NCBI GenBank assembly: GCA_043228905.1
Contig: JBHGNT010000011.1
Coordinates: forward strand, 8,866,001 to 8,930,000
Origin: Azolla caroliniana
Lineage: Eukaryota; Plantae; Polypodiophyta
Length of the DNA stretch: 64,000 nucleotides
Reading direction: 5' to 3'
In this document: positions 26,816 through 40,400 of the stretch, one piece after another
How positions within the stretch are numbered: the stretch's first letter is position 1
Layout: each line of letters opens with the position of its first letter
Made by a program: the position numbers and the translations under genes
The notes under the pieces: model-generated
Databases searched by the model: none
What the model saw: only the letters and a program-made list of their open reading frames with translations
What the model was told of the DNA's origin: nothing

Positions 26816-29021
26816 CCGGTCTTTGTTCCCTTTCTCCTCCTTCCATCGACCTTGCCAGAAGGTCCAGTTTTGGTTTGTGGCCGCCTCCCCGGCCTGATAC
26901 CTCCTTGCCACTCTGCCTTCGTCATCCGATCACGTTCACTTGCCGCCACCATCCTTTCCTATAGGACTCACGGCGGCACTCGGGCCGACCACCGGATCGG
27001 TGTGAGGATCTTCGTGGGACCTCCCCCTTTGCCGTCTCGGTTGCCCGCCTTGCCGCCGCAACTGTTCTTCTCTCTTGGTCTCACACCACCTCTCGGGCTG
27101 ACCGTCGGAGTGTCCAGAACCGATGTGTGTAAGGTCGTAGCAGCACCGCTTGCCTTTTCCTCTTGCCGTAGTTCCGATCTCCGCATCAGCCTCTTTGACT
27201 GGTCACGTTCACCTGCTGCCACCGATCTCCCCTATAGGACTCATGCTGGCACTCGGGCCGACCGCCGGATCGGTGTGAGGATCTCCGCAAACCGCCCATC
27301 CTCAGTCCTTTGCCTTCGTCCCCTCACCGCCACCATTCGTCACTCAAGGTCTCACGTCGGCTCTCGGGCTGACCACTGGAGTCTTAGAACCGGTGTGAAG
27401 GATCCTCCTTGGGCTCGTCGTATCTCGAACCCTTATCCCGGGTCACCTTTCTCCGCAAGTCAAGAGGGTGGCTCGCTCCACACCTTCTCTCGTGGTACCG
27501 ACGTACCGTGTCCCCGACCTCTTCATAGCCTGCTCTCTCCTCTCTTCCGGATCGTTTATTCGGAAGTCCGCTCCGCCCGGTTCTCGTCCGGGTCCGTACG
27601 TCATTCTCTGGATTGCCGGGTCTCGTTCTCTTGCGGCCACCGTCAGTATCTTGGTCTTACATCGGATCCGATGCCTACCACCGAAGTCTCTAGCCCGGTG
27701 TGAGGTGATCCATAGGACCGGTCTTCGTTCTCCACTTCCTCCCTTGTACTTCTACCAAACTCGTCATCGCTCTCCTTGCTGTGTTCCCGCCTCCATCTTC
27801 CATCTTTTTCGCTCTCACGTTGCCATGCCGGCTGAACTGTTGAAGTCTCCGGTAAAGATGTGGGGACACCGATTTCGTAACGACCCCCAACAACTCATCT
27901 GGGGCCACCGACCTTTTTAGTGGTGTCGGTGGATAGCATTCGCTCTATGATCGATCAAGCCCCGCCTGGGCTTGATTCTCCAATGTCCAGAGTTTCGGCT
28001 CCGATGTCGATCCTACCGGACTCGTTCCGTACCCTCGATCATCTTCATTTTGATTCTTGACCTTTGCCCCATCGGTCTTTCTCCCCATGTAAAAGAGGGC
28101 GGCTCGTCCCGCACCCTTCCTCATACCGACACCCTCCCTCCAGTTCGACCACATCCGCCTCGTCCACGCGGCCCCTTCCCACTGTGATGTCGTCTCGTCG
28201 CACGCCACCTTCGTTTCGCTTGTGGGTGACCACGCTCTATGAGCTGCTCGAAGCTCCTCCTTTTTACGTTGGACGTTCGAGCCTTCGGCGAAACTCGTGG
28301 GACTCCATCCCCGTTGTAACGGCTGACTTCTTCGACCTCGCCCATCTCGATGCGCCGCTTCTCAACTCTCCTTCTCGAAGTCTTCGGCCTCAAACTCCAT
28401 CCTCCCATGCCGCCCTTCACATCAGGTTCACCAAAGATGTCGCAATATTCCGCGAGCGCATATAGCATCTGAGGTGGGACCACGGGGGTCTTGGACTAGG
28501 AAGTGAAGAGAAGGAATAAGACCCAAAATGGAAGATTAGCTCAAGAGGAGAAGAGGAAGAATGGCACATAAACATAGAATAGAATAGATGGAGGCAAGAT
28601 ACACCCATAAGACAAGAAACATCAACATGCTATATTAAGAGTTCACAAAAGATTACAACCAAGGCCGCATAGGCCGCACCCCAAAAACGACTACAAGAAA
28701 ACCCTAACCAGATAAGTAAGCCAAGAAGCATAGAAACCCTAAAAGAAACCCCCAGAAGAAAAACCCTAGAAGAAAGCCTTAAAATCGAATAGAACCCCTC
28801 GACCTAAGTGGTATACCTCTCTCACTCAAAATAGGCAACCCCTTCACAAGAGACCCCTCCCTTCCTTTTATAGCCCAAGGAGGGAGGGACATTACAATGT
28901 GGGATAAACACTCCCCCTTATTCTATACATTGTCTTCCTACTATACATGTGCACATGTTGCACACCAATGACTTGCCCATTCCACCCCGGTTTCACACTA
29001 TAGCCGGAAATCTTCACGACA

Positions 29022-30694
29022 CCGTATGAGCGGCTGAGTCGGGATGACCAGTCAGATCAGGAATCGGTGAGTAGTGGAGACCTTATTGTGCTCTCCCCGC
29101 GCAAGGAACCGAGGAGACGGTTCACGCACAAAGAGAAGGGGAAGAAGAAGATGTCGGAATACGAAACCGGCAACGTTGAGTCAGATTGGAGTGAATCCGA
29201 CTCCGGAAATGATGAAGGCAGATCTTTGGGAACAAAGCCCGAACCGGCCAAGAAGGACCTCAAACCAGGTAACGATAAGATATGTCGGTCTTCCCGCCAT
29301 AAGAACCTCATGAAGCGGTACGGGTACAATGAGTACATGGCGCATCATTATGCGTACATGACCAAGGTGGCAGAAGTGCGTGAGCCGGAGAGCTATGCAG
29401 AAGCGGCAAGGGACGCAAATTGGCGCGCCGCTATGGAGGAAGAAATGCAGGCACTTGAGGCCAACGACACATGGGACCTAGTTGACCCTCCCCGACACTG
29501 TAAACGGATCGGATGTAAGTGGGTGTACAAAGTAAAGTACAATGTCGATGGTTCGGTTACCTGATACAAGGCCCGATTAGTGGCGAAGGGATATGCGCAG
29601 ACCCATGGAATCGACTACGACGAGACCTTCGCTCCGGTAGCGAAGATGACTACGGTTCGTGTGGTGCTGGCGGTTTCTGCGGCAAGGGGGTGACATCTTC
29701 ACCAGATGGACGTGAAGAATGCATTTCTTCAAGCAGATCTTGAAGAAGAGGTCTTTATGACCCAACCCCTCAATTTCCAGTTGGGGATGAACAAGTCGGC
29801 AATATGCCGGCTGAAGAAGTCACTTTATGGCCTGAAGCAATCCCCCCAAGCTTGGAATGCCAAGATCACGCACCAGTTGCGTAAGATGGGGTTTGTGGCC
29901 TCCAAGTCTGCCTCTTCGTTGTTCATCCGGCAAGGTCCGGACGGTCCGGTTTGCATTTTGTTGTATGTTGATGATCTAGTCATCACCAGACCCGGACTCG
30001 ATGAAATCAACCGAGTCAGGTCCCAGCTGTCGGACGCATTTGAGATGAAGGACCCAGGGGACCATCACTATTTCCTTGGGATCGAGGTGATCCGAACCAC
30101 CAACGGCATATTGCTCTCACAAAGACACTATGTGTTAAATATGTTGTACAAGTTCGGCATGATGGAATGTCGTCCGATCTCCACACCCCTGGACCGGAAC
30201 CAGAAGCTCTGTCCCGACTCCGGACCGGCCTGCGATGAGAAGCAATTCCGACAAATCGTCAGAAACCTTATATATTTGACAATCACCCGACCCGACATCA
30301 GTTACCCGGTCAGCGTGATCATCCAATATATGCAGAAGCCAACCGTGGAGCACCTTCTATGCGCGCATCGAATTTTGCGATATGTGAGCGGCACGAAGGA
30401 ACGGGGACTGTTATACCGGCATGGTATAACCGAAGAGCTAGTCGGCTACACCGATGTCGACTGGGCCTGCGATGCATCGGATCGCTGATCCACCTCCGGC
30501 TATATGTTTTCCCTTGGTAGCACGGCTTTTGCGTGGGGCAGCAAAAAGCAGCCAACAATGGCCCTTTCAAGCATTGAGGCTGAATACTGGGGCGCTATTG
30601 TTGCCACCTGTGAAGCCATTTGGCTTCTGCGACTGCTGCAAGACCTGTGGATCAAGGTGCCGACCCCGATCCTGATCTACTATGACAATATAAG
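29022..30694 (+). mobile_element. Copia L3, RT/RNase H part
   Basis: [28 protein letters not shown]; SGP|YER joins across the 15669-29021 insert. Confidence 0.9.
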
Positions 30695-33600
30695 TATTGA
30701 GAGACAAGCTCAACATTTGTGCGTAATACGATGCGTAACCAGTGCATAGACTGGGGGCATAAAACTGGTACGCAGACCGGTGCGTAGAAAGGCCGTACCG
30801 GTGCGTAGACCGAAAGGCCGTTAGAAAGATATTCCTCGTAAGGAATAGTTTTGGGAGTAAGTGTCGAGGCTCATTTATGAGCAATCAAGTACTGTCAATA
30901 CTTGTGTCAGCCCACTGTCAGGGCTTGTATAAAAGTGCTCACTGAGCACATCCTATGTACAGATTGAGTATTATTTTTCGAATTTAAGTTAGATTCTGTT
31001 ACTCTCTCTCTGTCTTCCCCCGTGCGTACTGTGAAGACCTAAGCTTTCCATTAAACCTGCGTTTTCTGTTGTTCGGTTTTCCTATATTGCTTTTGCATGC
31101 CATTCTTTTCATGGTATCATAGTGCGAGGGTTGAGAACCTCTGCAGCTGACTTTGCTTGAAGGAAAAACCAACGAAGAAGAACAAGGAAAACGATGGACA
31201 GAGGAATGGCTAGCTCGCTTCCAACGAAGAAGCTCGACAGAACCAACTACGCATCTTGTTCCTACAAGATGCACCAGTACCTGCTCGGACATGGTTACTG
31301 GAGCTATGTCGATGGAGCAAATGACACAGCACCCAATTCGAGGATGGAGCTATGTCGATGGAGCTATGTCGATGGAGCTATGTCGATTGAGGAAGAAAGC
31401 CGTATTATTGCGCAAGGGCGCAGAGATGGGAGGATGTTTATCCTCGAATCTACTGACGGTGGCACCGCAATGTTCGCGAAGGGACAAAAAGTCGAGTCGG
31501 ACATCGACTTATGGCACAAACGGATAGGCCACGTCAACTACCAACGGCTTCAAGACCTGCAATCGAAACAAGTGGTGTTTGGATTGCCCAAACTTAGTGG
31601 CCGGAAGGCACAAATTTGTGAAGCCTGACAGCTTGGGAAGCAACACCGACTTCCTTTCCCAAACGAGCGTAATCGGAGCCGGAATAAGCTAGACTTGATA
31701 CACTCTGATGTGTGGGGGCCGGCACAAAACGTTAGTCTTGGTGGGAGCCGATATTTTGTCTCCTTCATCGACGACTACACGCGGCACACGTGGATCTACC
31801 TCATTGAGAGGAAAAGCAAAGTCTTCGACTGTTTCCGGCACCTCAAAGGCTTCATGGAAACGGAAACAGGAAGAAAGATCAAGTGCCTGCGGTCGGATGG
31901 CGAAAAAGAATACTTTTCCGGTCAATTCAACGGTTATCTACAACAGATGGGAATTCGGTGCGAATTCAGTTGTAGATACACGCCGGAGCAAAACGGCGTG
32001 GTCGAGAGAAAAAATCGGTCAGTTGTGGAAGCTGCACACGCAATGCTGGAGGAGAATAGCTTGCCCAAGTTCTATTGGGCCAAGGCGGTAAGAACCGTTG
32101 TATACATCCAGAATCGGATCGGAGAAAAAGTGTCGGCGCACGAGCTATACTTTGGAACAAAGCCGAACTTGCGACACTTACGAGTTTTCGGTAGCATTGC
32201 GTATGTACATGTGCCGAAGGAGAAAAGGAGGAAGTTGGACGCAAAAGCCGAGAAGTGTATCTTGGTCGGCTATTCGGACGAGCAGAAGGGTTATAAGTGC
32301 TATAACCCGCGTACCAAACAACCGCGCTTGAGCCGCGACATTGTGTTTGATGAGTCCGCGTCCTGGTACTTGCCTCCGACTCCGGACCTCACCTCCAATC
32401 TGAGTTCTGACGATGAGGACAGCGAGGCCGAGGTTCCATCCGGCTGAGCTTGAAATCGGGACCCCCGAAGAGAGTCTGATTTCGGTTCGGTTAAGTGGAC
32501 CGAATGGACAATTGAGTCGGTACGACCAGTCCGATGAAGAGCCGGCGAGTAGTGGAGACTCGGCCCTGCATTCCCCGCGTAGGAAGCTGAGGAGACGGCT
32601 TACGCGCGAAGAGTGTTGAGCGGCAAGCTCAACTGGAGCCGGATCGGCTGAATAAGCCGGAGCCGGTAAGTGAGACAGATCGGGCGAAACGGATAGGTAT
32701 GACGGTGAGCAACTGAACCCGCAAGCAGTGGAGGCCGGGTACAATCCGTAACCGAAAGTCCAATCGGAAGCCTAGTATAGGATAGACTACTAGGTAGCTA
32801 TAGTCTCGTAGTAAGTGTCAGATGATCGTGTGAGGATTGAAGTACATGGTACTTCTGTCAGTCCCAAGGTGACTTGTATAAATAGTGCTACTTAGCACAG
32901 TGTGTATACAGAGTCTTGAGATAATTTTGAAATTGTGTTATGCTCTCTCTCTCTCACACACTCTCTCTCTCTCTCTACGTGTGTTGTTCTCTGTTTTACG
33001 CTTCCGCAAACACTTATGTTTACATGGTATCAGAGTGCGAGGGTTGAGAACCTCTGCTGCAGACATTTACTCTTGAGAAGAAAACCCTAACAGGTCGAAA
33101 ACAGACACAGTAGAAGACATGGATAGAGGCATGGCTACGTCGCTCCCGGTGGAGAAGCTCGACAGGAGCAACTACGCATCCTGGTCTTACAAGATGCACC
33201 AATACCTGCTTGGACACGGGTACTGGAGTTATGTCGAAGGAGCGAATGATGCGGCGCCCGACTCGGCACACAAGGACTTCCCGGTATGGGAACAGGCGGC
33301 AAGCAGGGTGATGTACTGCTTCGTATCTAGTGTCGGCGATCAGCTGCTCAGCCACATCTGTGACGCCAAGACACTAAAGGATGCTTGGGGGAACCTGAAA
33401 AAGGTTTTCGCCGCAAGCACCACTGTCCGGAAGCTACAACTCAGACAGGAGTTGAGCAATGTTCAACAGAAGAACATGTCTGTGGCAGACTACACGGGTC
33501 GGATAAAGGAGATCTGCGACTCGCTCGCCTCTATCAATTTTACCGTAGAGGAAGACGAGATGGTGCAGGTATGTCTCGGAGGCCTAGCGTCCAAGTTCGG

Positions 33601-34524
33601 AGCGTTCCGGACTGCGGTGTGTACAAGGGAGAATACCCCCTCATTCTTCGACTTACAGTCGATGCTCCTTGTAGAGGAGAACCACGCCGGTGCATCTAAC
33701 AGTGCATCCCCGGACAGCCGGATGTTGTACACGGGAACGGATCGGCTCCGTGGGCGTGGTGGAAGAGGTGGGTTGGCACGCAATGGAGGCAGTCGGCAAG
33801 AGCAAGAACAGAGGCACTATGAGCGTGCCGACAGCAGTTCCGGGACTTCCACAAGCAGGGGGGGTCAAGGCGGTGCCGGAGGCCGGCAAGACAAATCCAC
33901 TACGGAATGCTGGTACTGTGGCAAAAAAGGCCACCGGGAAAGCGAGTGCTGGAGAAAGCGTGCCGATTCGGACAAATCCGGATCCGGCAAGACCGGTAAG
34001 GATGGCCAACAAAACTTGCACTACGCAAACAGATCAGGAGGATCCGGAACCGGAAAGGCCGGTAAGGGGCCAGCCTTGGTGATGAATCACAAGGCAAACT
34101 TAATGAAGAAGACCACTTCCAAAACGGAGGAAGTGTGGTATGTTGATTCCGGCGCGTCGAACCACATGACGAGCCACAAAGAGTGGTTCTCCTTTCTAAC
34201 ATCGGGTCATTTGAAACAGGTAATATGTCGCATTATGAGAACACTACGTCGAAAAAGGGCACAAAAGCGCGCAGTTTTCAAAAAGACACGACGCATGCAT
34301 AAAGCTTTTCAGAAAAGGTGGCAAAATATATTGAATTTCAACATGACTACCACTTTGAGGCATAAGTAAAATGCCTCCAAAAATACATCACCAAAATTAC
34401 AAAATAATGTACAACATGTCTACTAGTTACAATTATACATATTCGTGAGTTTACATCCAAAACAAATTTACAAAGTTTCCGATCATGTAGTAAAACAATC
34501 CCCAGCTTGAACCAAACCAATATA

Positions 34525-37197
34525 TTAAGACATGTCTGATGGACTAGAAGAGCATTCTGATGTCTCATCCTCATCATCAGTGGCAATCAAAGCATTATCC
34601 TCATCCAATTCCAACCCAACATCTTTGTGGTTATGAGAATTGCTTCTGGTTATTCTCTGTATTTCATTTGACACCATGTTTGGGATTTTCTCCTTTATTA
34701 TCTTGATAGTTGCTTGTCTTAGATGACCTGATTTTGTCAATGAGAAGTCATATACTAGTATGTCAACACGGTCTAGTGCGAGAGTAGTCATGCTCGGTAT
34801 ATTCTTTCTTCTTCTCTTTCTGCTTGAACATCCGACATCCTTAACCATCTCTAAAGAATACTTTCCTGTAAATGCATCAGGTGAATTTGTTTGATACCAG
34901 TGGACTACTATTGACTTTGTCTGACTACTTTCTTCATCCCTTACTAATTCAATAATTTTTGCAATCCAAAATGGATGGCCCAAGGTATCGTCCCCTGCTA
35001 ATGTTGCAACCAACATTCCCACTTGTAGTTCTTGCACATTACCTTGCCATCTTGCCTCAACAGTACGTGACTTTCTTGGTCCCACATAAATATCTCTTTG
35101 CAGTGGCCAAACTAAATCATAAAGCTCCATATTATTCGATTGTTGGTGATGAGTCTATGATATCGTTGATGTCATCCCAATGTTCCATGTGAATGGGATA
35201 CGGATTGGCCATAAACCGGCGATGTAATTATCTAAAATGGTGCGTTGATGGGTGAAGAAAATCTCCCACCATTCAACATCCTCATCACCGGCATACTTCT
35301 TAGTCCGATCAATATTATTTTGTTTCTCTGCTAGACATATCAACCAATATGCCTTTTGTTCATCAATAGTACTATTTGGTGCTACATTTTTACGATCATC
35401 ATATGGCATTTGTTGTGCACCATGTAGAGGTTCATCTGGGATATGAAGAAGGAGCCTACAACCTTCTTGGGGCTCCCATTGTGCACTAGATGAGTATTGT
35501 TTCGCAAACAACACCGTCATCTTCAGGTGGGCCGATCTTTGTTTTATGAGGAAGACATGGTTGAAACTTATATTATTAAGAGGTGCAAGCACCCTACCTT
35601 TAGTCCCGTCACTATCCATGCAGAAACGTTTAAAGTTGTATAATTCTTCCAAGTGTTGTACTTCAGGCTTTGGTGTATATGCTTCACTAATCAATTTGGA
35701 TAGCGTGGGAAGTGTGAAAGCATTACAGCGAGCAAGTTTCTTTGAGAACCTACTGAACATTTGATCTATGTGATCATGGGTATGACCAACCAACAAGAAG
35801 TTAACCTTTATCTTTTTAAATATGCCCCTCTCTACTAGCATGCTTAGATAGCCGAAGACTGTTGAGTTCTTATTCTCTCTTGCTGTGTTGTCTAGTTGCA
35901 CATATAGAACTGGCGGGAGTATACCTGACCATGATTGCAATACCCTGTGCATGACAATGACAGTAAGATTAGGGTCGTTGTGGATATTGGGATAAGTTAA
36001 GAACACTTGCGGTCTTATAGTTTGACAATATGTCAAACAACCCACTAGATGCATTTGCACGAGACACTCATCTCCAATATCCTTGGGGAGTCTTTGAAAA
36101 TGCGGCAAACAAGTTTTGTTTTGATCCATGCCGTCAATAATCATGCACATATACTTTTCGGGAGATTGAAACGCTTTTTGTCGGTGATGCATAGCCTTAG
36201 TACGTTCCAATGCCTGACTTTCACGATGTTCTTTTAACAAGTTCTTGTAATTCTTGATCTCTACATCTGATTTTCCACCCTTGGCCATACTTTTTAAACT
36301 CGCACATATTGAGCAGACTCCCATTCGCACCTTTCGTGGGATAACCACGTTATTAAATTGTAACCTCCATAGTCGATTAAAATGCATGTACTGTATGTAA
36401 GGCTCAACTTCGGAAGACATGTCGTCCTTGTACAATTGGTAAACTTCCCTTCGAGTAAAGTTATCTGACAAATGAAGTCTTCCTGTCGTTGGCATAACTT
36501 TGCACTGTTTTGAAAAATATACCTCCATCCACCTAATTGCCTGTTGCCCAATTTGACCCTTACATCCAAAACCATTTTGATCGAACTATACCCAGGAGCC
36601 CTTCAAAAGTCGCTCTTGAACACGTTGCAGCCGCATATTTCCAATGCTATGAGTGATTTTAAAAGCTGCTCGACAACACTTGGTATTTAGTCCAAGGAAA
36701 TATTCAACTTGCGTTGAATTAGGCCCTGCTTTCTGATCCAATTTAAGTTGCATATGCGAAAGAAGAAATGTATCTTGCTCTTCCCCATTAAGCGACAAGT
36801 ATTTTTGTCGTGTTTTACGTAACCTTGACTTTCCATAAGTTGATAGACAGAGACTCGCACAACACGATTTGTTCAAGTCGCATAGAAGTTGACGATCAGA
36901 ACATAAGAAATTAAATCTCTTTTCACTAACTTGTCGAGGAACTCTTTTAAATGCTAGAGGTTTAGTAATGTTATTGTTATCTATCGACGAAGAATCGTCC
37001 GCTTGTAAGCTTGCATGAAGAGAGCCATCAACAGGATCAATTGAAAACAGAGAATTCGAAGTACTAGGAGCCACACTTTTCTGTTTAAGCCGCGAATGTT
37101 TTTTGTAGTCGTACTCTTCTATTGAGAAATACGAGTTGTCTGACAATGAAAAGGGGGCAATAGAAAAAAGAGATGTTCTACTTGTAGAAGAAGACAT
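34525..37197 (-). pseudogene. DDE/D transposase-like protein (DUF7869/Sola-like), ~890 codons, Cys-rich N-terminus, BAH-like C-terminus; two in-frame TAG stops
   Basis: ORFs 36586-37197, 35155-36528 and 34525-35130 share one frame separated by single TAGs; motifs IIDGMDQ, QLDNTARENKN, FLLVGHTHDHIDQMFS; CC..LC, KCCRAAF, CSIC. Confidence 0.75.
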
Positions 37198-37492
37198 TTG
37201 AGGGAGTCTAACTGTATTCTAAAACCTTCTTTTGAGAAAATTAAGGAATGTTAAAGCCTAACTATATAACTACCCGAACACTTAGATTAACTATATTATT
37301 TTCCGAAATTTTCCTAAAAAAAAAAATTAAAAATTATTTTTTATTTTAAAAGGAATGCTAAAGTCTTCTATATAAGGAGGTTAGAAATTTCATTTTCATT
37401 ATCACGTGAAAGAATCCATCGAGCTCAGAGCACAGGCCAATTTTCGAGCACTCAGAAGCACATCGTCGACAGCACTACCTCCGGCACGAACC

Positions 37493-40400
37493 ATGAACAA
37501 GGGAAAGAAAATCGTCAGGTTAGTAATATTCTTTACATTTTTTAAGATTCCTAAAGATTCCTTAAAGATTCCTTTCCTCAACACATAGAAATTTTATTTT
37601 ATTTTGTACAACGAACTTGGAAAGCAATTCTGAAAGGTAGGACCTTCAACCAAAATCCGATGCAGTGCATCGGATTTTAGTTGAAGGTCTTGCCTTTCAA
37701 CGCAAATCCGATGCGGGACCTTCAACTTTTGCGATAAAAAACTATCGCATGGGACCATAAAATTGACGTAATTTAAATGATAATTTGCGTGATTTAGATA
37801 AAATTGTACGTTGTTTCTATGTTTTCACCAACGTTTTAAATTTCAATGAACCCAGACAAAAAGTTCCTTCATTTAGATTGAAGATTCGATCTCCGACAAA
37901 ACGAGAATCTGGCTCCTTCATCAAGGACACGAGTAAAAAGATTTTATTTGACTCAACGGGGGAAGGAGGATCCAAGTCATCTATGGCTACTACCAAAATC
38001 AACAAAGGTAGTACGCAAGAGGAGAAAACGGTTGAGGTGAAATATAAGGATTACCCCGAACTTGAATGGTGTCTCTCTTATGTCGAGGAGGATGGGGTGT
38101 TGACATTGATAACGGAAAAATCGGACGGGGAAGGGAAACTTCAGCTTGGAAAAACATTTAATTACGGGCATGTAACCAAGCTAGAGTACGAAGACATTGA
38201 CTCTACAAGTATTTTAATCGACGTCTCGAGCTCAGTTGGCAACAGGCAATTGCGACTTGATGAGGGAAACCTAGTACCCGAATCTTGCAATCCCAAGGCT
38301 TTGCGTAAAGACCTGCAAACGAAAAATAACTTGTTGGTAGCTCTTCGGCCATACGTGACAGGAGAGATGATGACCGGTGAAGCAAAAACTCCACCGAAAA
38401 AGTCTAGGAAGACAAATCTTGTTCAAAAGAAATATACTAAACGACCACGACCCGAAGAAGAAGAAGAAGAAATATTAGAGTTCGTGGAAGAAGAAGACGA
38501 CCAACAAGTCGACGTCGTGGCTCCAAGCAGACAACTATCTTCTGGTGTCCTGACTTCAGAACAAAATAAAATAAGAGAAAATATTGTGAAGACTAAACTT
38601 GTGCGCAGGGGCCAGCTATTTCATTTGCCCATTACTTCTATCCAAAGGCCCCCCATTGACCCTATGACTGGAAGATGTCCCTTGGAAATTAGGGAGCCGC
38701 ACTCCGTCCATGTGCAAAACCTGAAAAGCAAAATGAAAATCAATCCTCACGCTACTGTGGTGCCATTTTTGGTAATGGTTGATCAAGAACAATGCCCAAC
38801 AGTAGCAGATTTCAAGTATAGCTCTGCAGACGATTACACATACTATGTAATCGGAGGATCACATTCGGCCGAAGCTCGACGATAGCTTGTCAAAGAATAT
38901 CCTCTCACGCCGTCCTTCAAGTACGCCGAATGTAAGGTATATGCAGGACTAACTCACGAGGAGGCGAAGCTGCTCGCATGGGACCATAACAATGACAACG
39001 ATTATAGGCAAAAGATGTCATGTATAGAGAGGATAAGATTTTTTCATCATGAATACCTGGATGCCTTGAATCGTTTTGGTCAAAGATTGTGGCCTGGATT
39101 GCGACGCCAGTGTTTATTGGAAGTAGGGATTGCAGTGGATGAGAGTACCAAATCCGAAGGTCTCCGAAAATATGATTCTTGGTTTCAACTAGCTTTTCAA
39201 ACCAGAGAGGTGTGGGATCTCCAAGACAAAATATTCTCTATGTGGGAGCGGAAAGAAGTCAAGGGGCAAAGATCAAAAAAGGGAGGAATTGATCCACAAG
39301 TTGAGATGAAATCAAAAACCAAGGGAAAAAGCGACTTGGTAATCGAGGAGTTAGCAGAGGACATGAAACTTTTACCTTGGAGATCATTACAAGGTATCAA
39401 AGATGATAGATTGTTAATATCCATGCTATCTCGAGTGGTCGCCAAGGAATTTAGTTTGGACGAGATGGTAACAAACTTGCAAAAGTAAGTGTTTATAGTA
39501 TACCTTTTCATGAAAGTCTTCAATTATTTTGAATATCTTATTTCTAATTTCGTATTGATTGTGCAGTCACAAGGTATACATGAAGATTCAGGAGTTGATG
39601 ATGCAAAAACTGAGTTTACCGACATGGGAAGAAGTTGAACAAGCCTGCCCGATAACTTCTTCCTACAAGGCATTGGAGGAATATTTTATTGTATTTAGAG
39701 AATGGGTATGTGTCTTTTGAATGTTGATATGTTAGAAACTAATGTTCCCTGCTAACAACAATGAGACTTGTAGAAACCATCAAAATCGAAAAAGAACAAC
39801 GACAATAATGACGGTATTCCAGCGGCCTTAATCACGCACTTAGAACGTGCGAAATATGAGAAGAGAATGACCAAAGGGAAGGAAATGGAATTGCCCGAGG
39901 ATTCGGAGACTATAAAGAGTTTTTTGCATAGGTCTGATCCTTTCAAACAGCTTCATTATAGTGTTTTCAATGGCGAAGTATCCCAGATGCTCGAACTGTT
40001 ACCGAGAAGGCACTACACTTTGCTGATAGCTGACATACCATATGGTTTCCGTATTGCGGGATCAACATATAATGATGTGCCTTTCAAGTACCCTCAGATC
40101 GAGAAAATGGTAAAGGATTTCGCAGAACTGACATTGGCCCCCTTGTGGAGGATAGTCATATTTCATAGCATGGGGCAATCACTGTCAGTCACAACAGCTT
40201 TGAAGTCCCGTTGTCATGCCACTGAACACATGCATTGGTGCGTTATAGTTCGCTTTTACTCATTACAGTACTTCTTATTATATGTACACATTTACACCTC
40301 TAATACTTGATTTTCTTTCTCGGTAGGATCAAAACAAATATTACACGTAGCCCTGGCGATCAAATGGTTAGTGCGGTCAAACATTTTTGTGTGGGCTACT

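Larger units (their letters stand above)
18928..29021 (-). mobile_element. Non-autonomous gypsy-type element 2: LTR-B' (28438-29021), tRNA-Trp PBS, internal region, PPT, LTR-A' (18928-20074)
   Basis: LTR-A' and LTR-B' are inverted copies of 15669-16673 and 18321-18917; PBS TGGTGAACCTGATGTGAA; PPT GGTTTGGTGGGCACGGA. Confidence 0.78.

Noticed and set aside
33119-34369. Gag with a novel basic C-terminal tail
   Set aside because: The tail after EWFSFL is read-through into the inserted element
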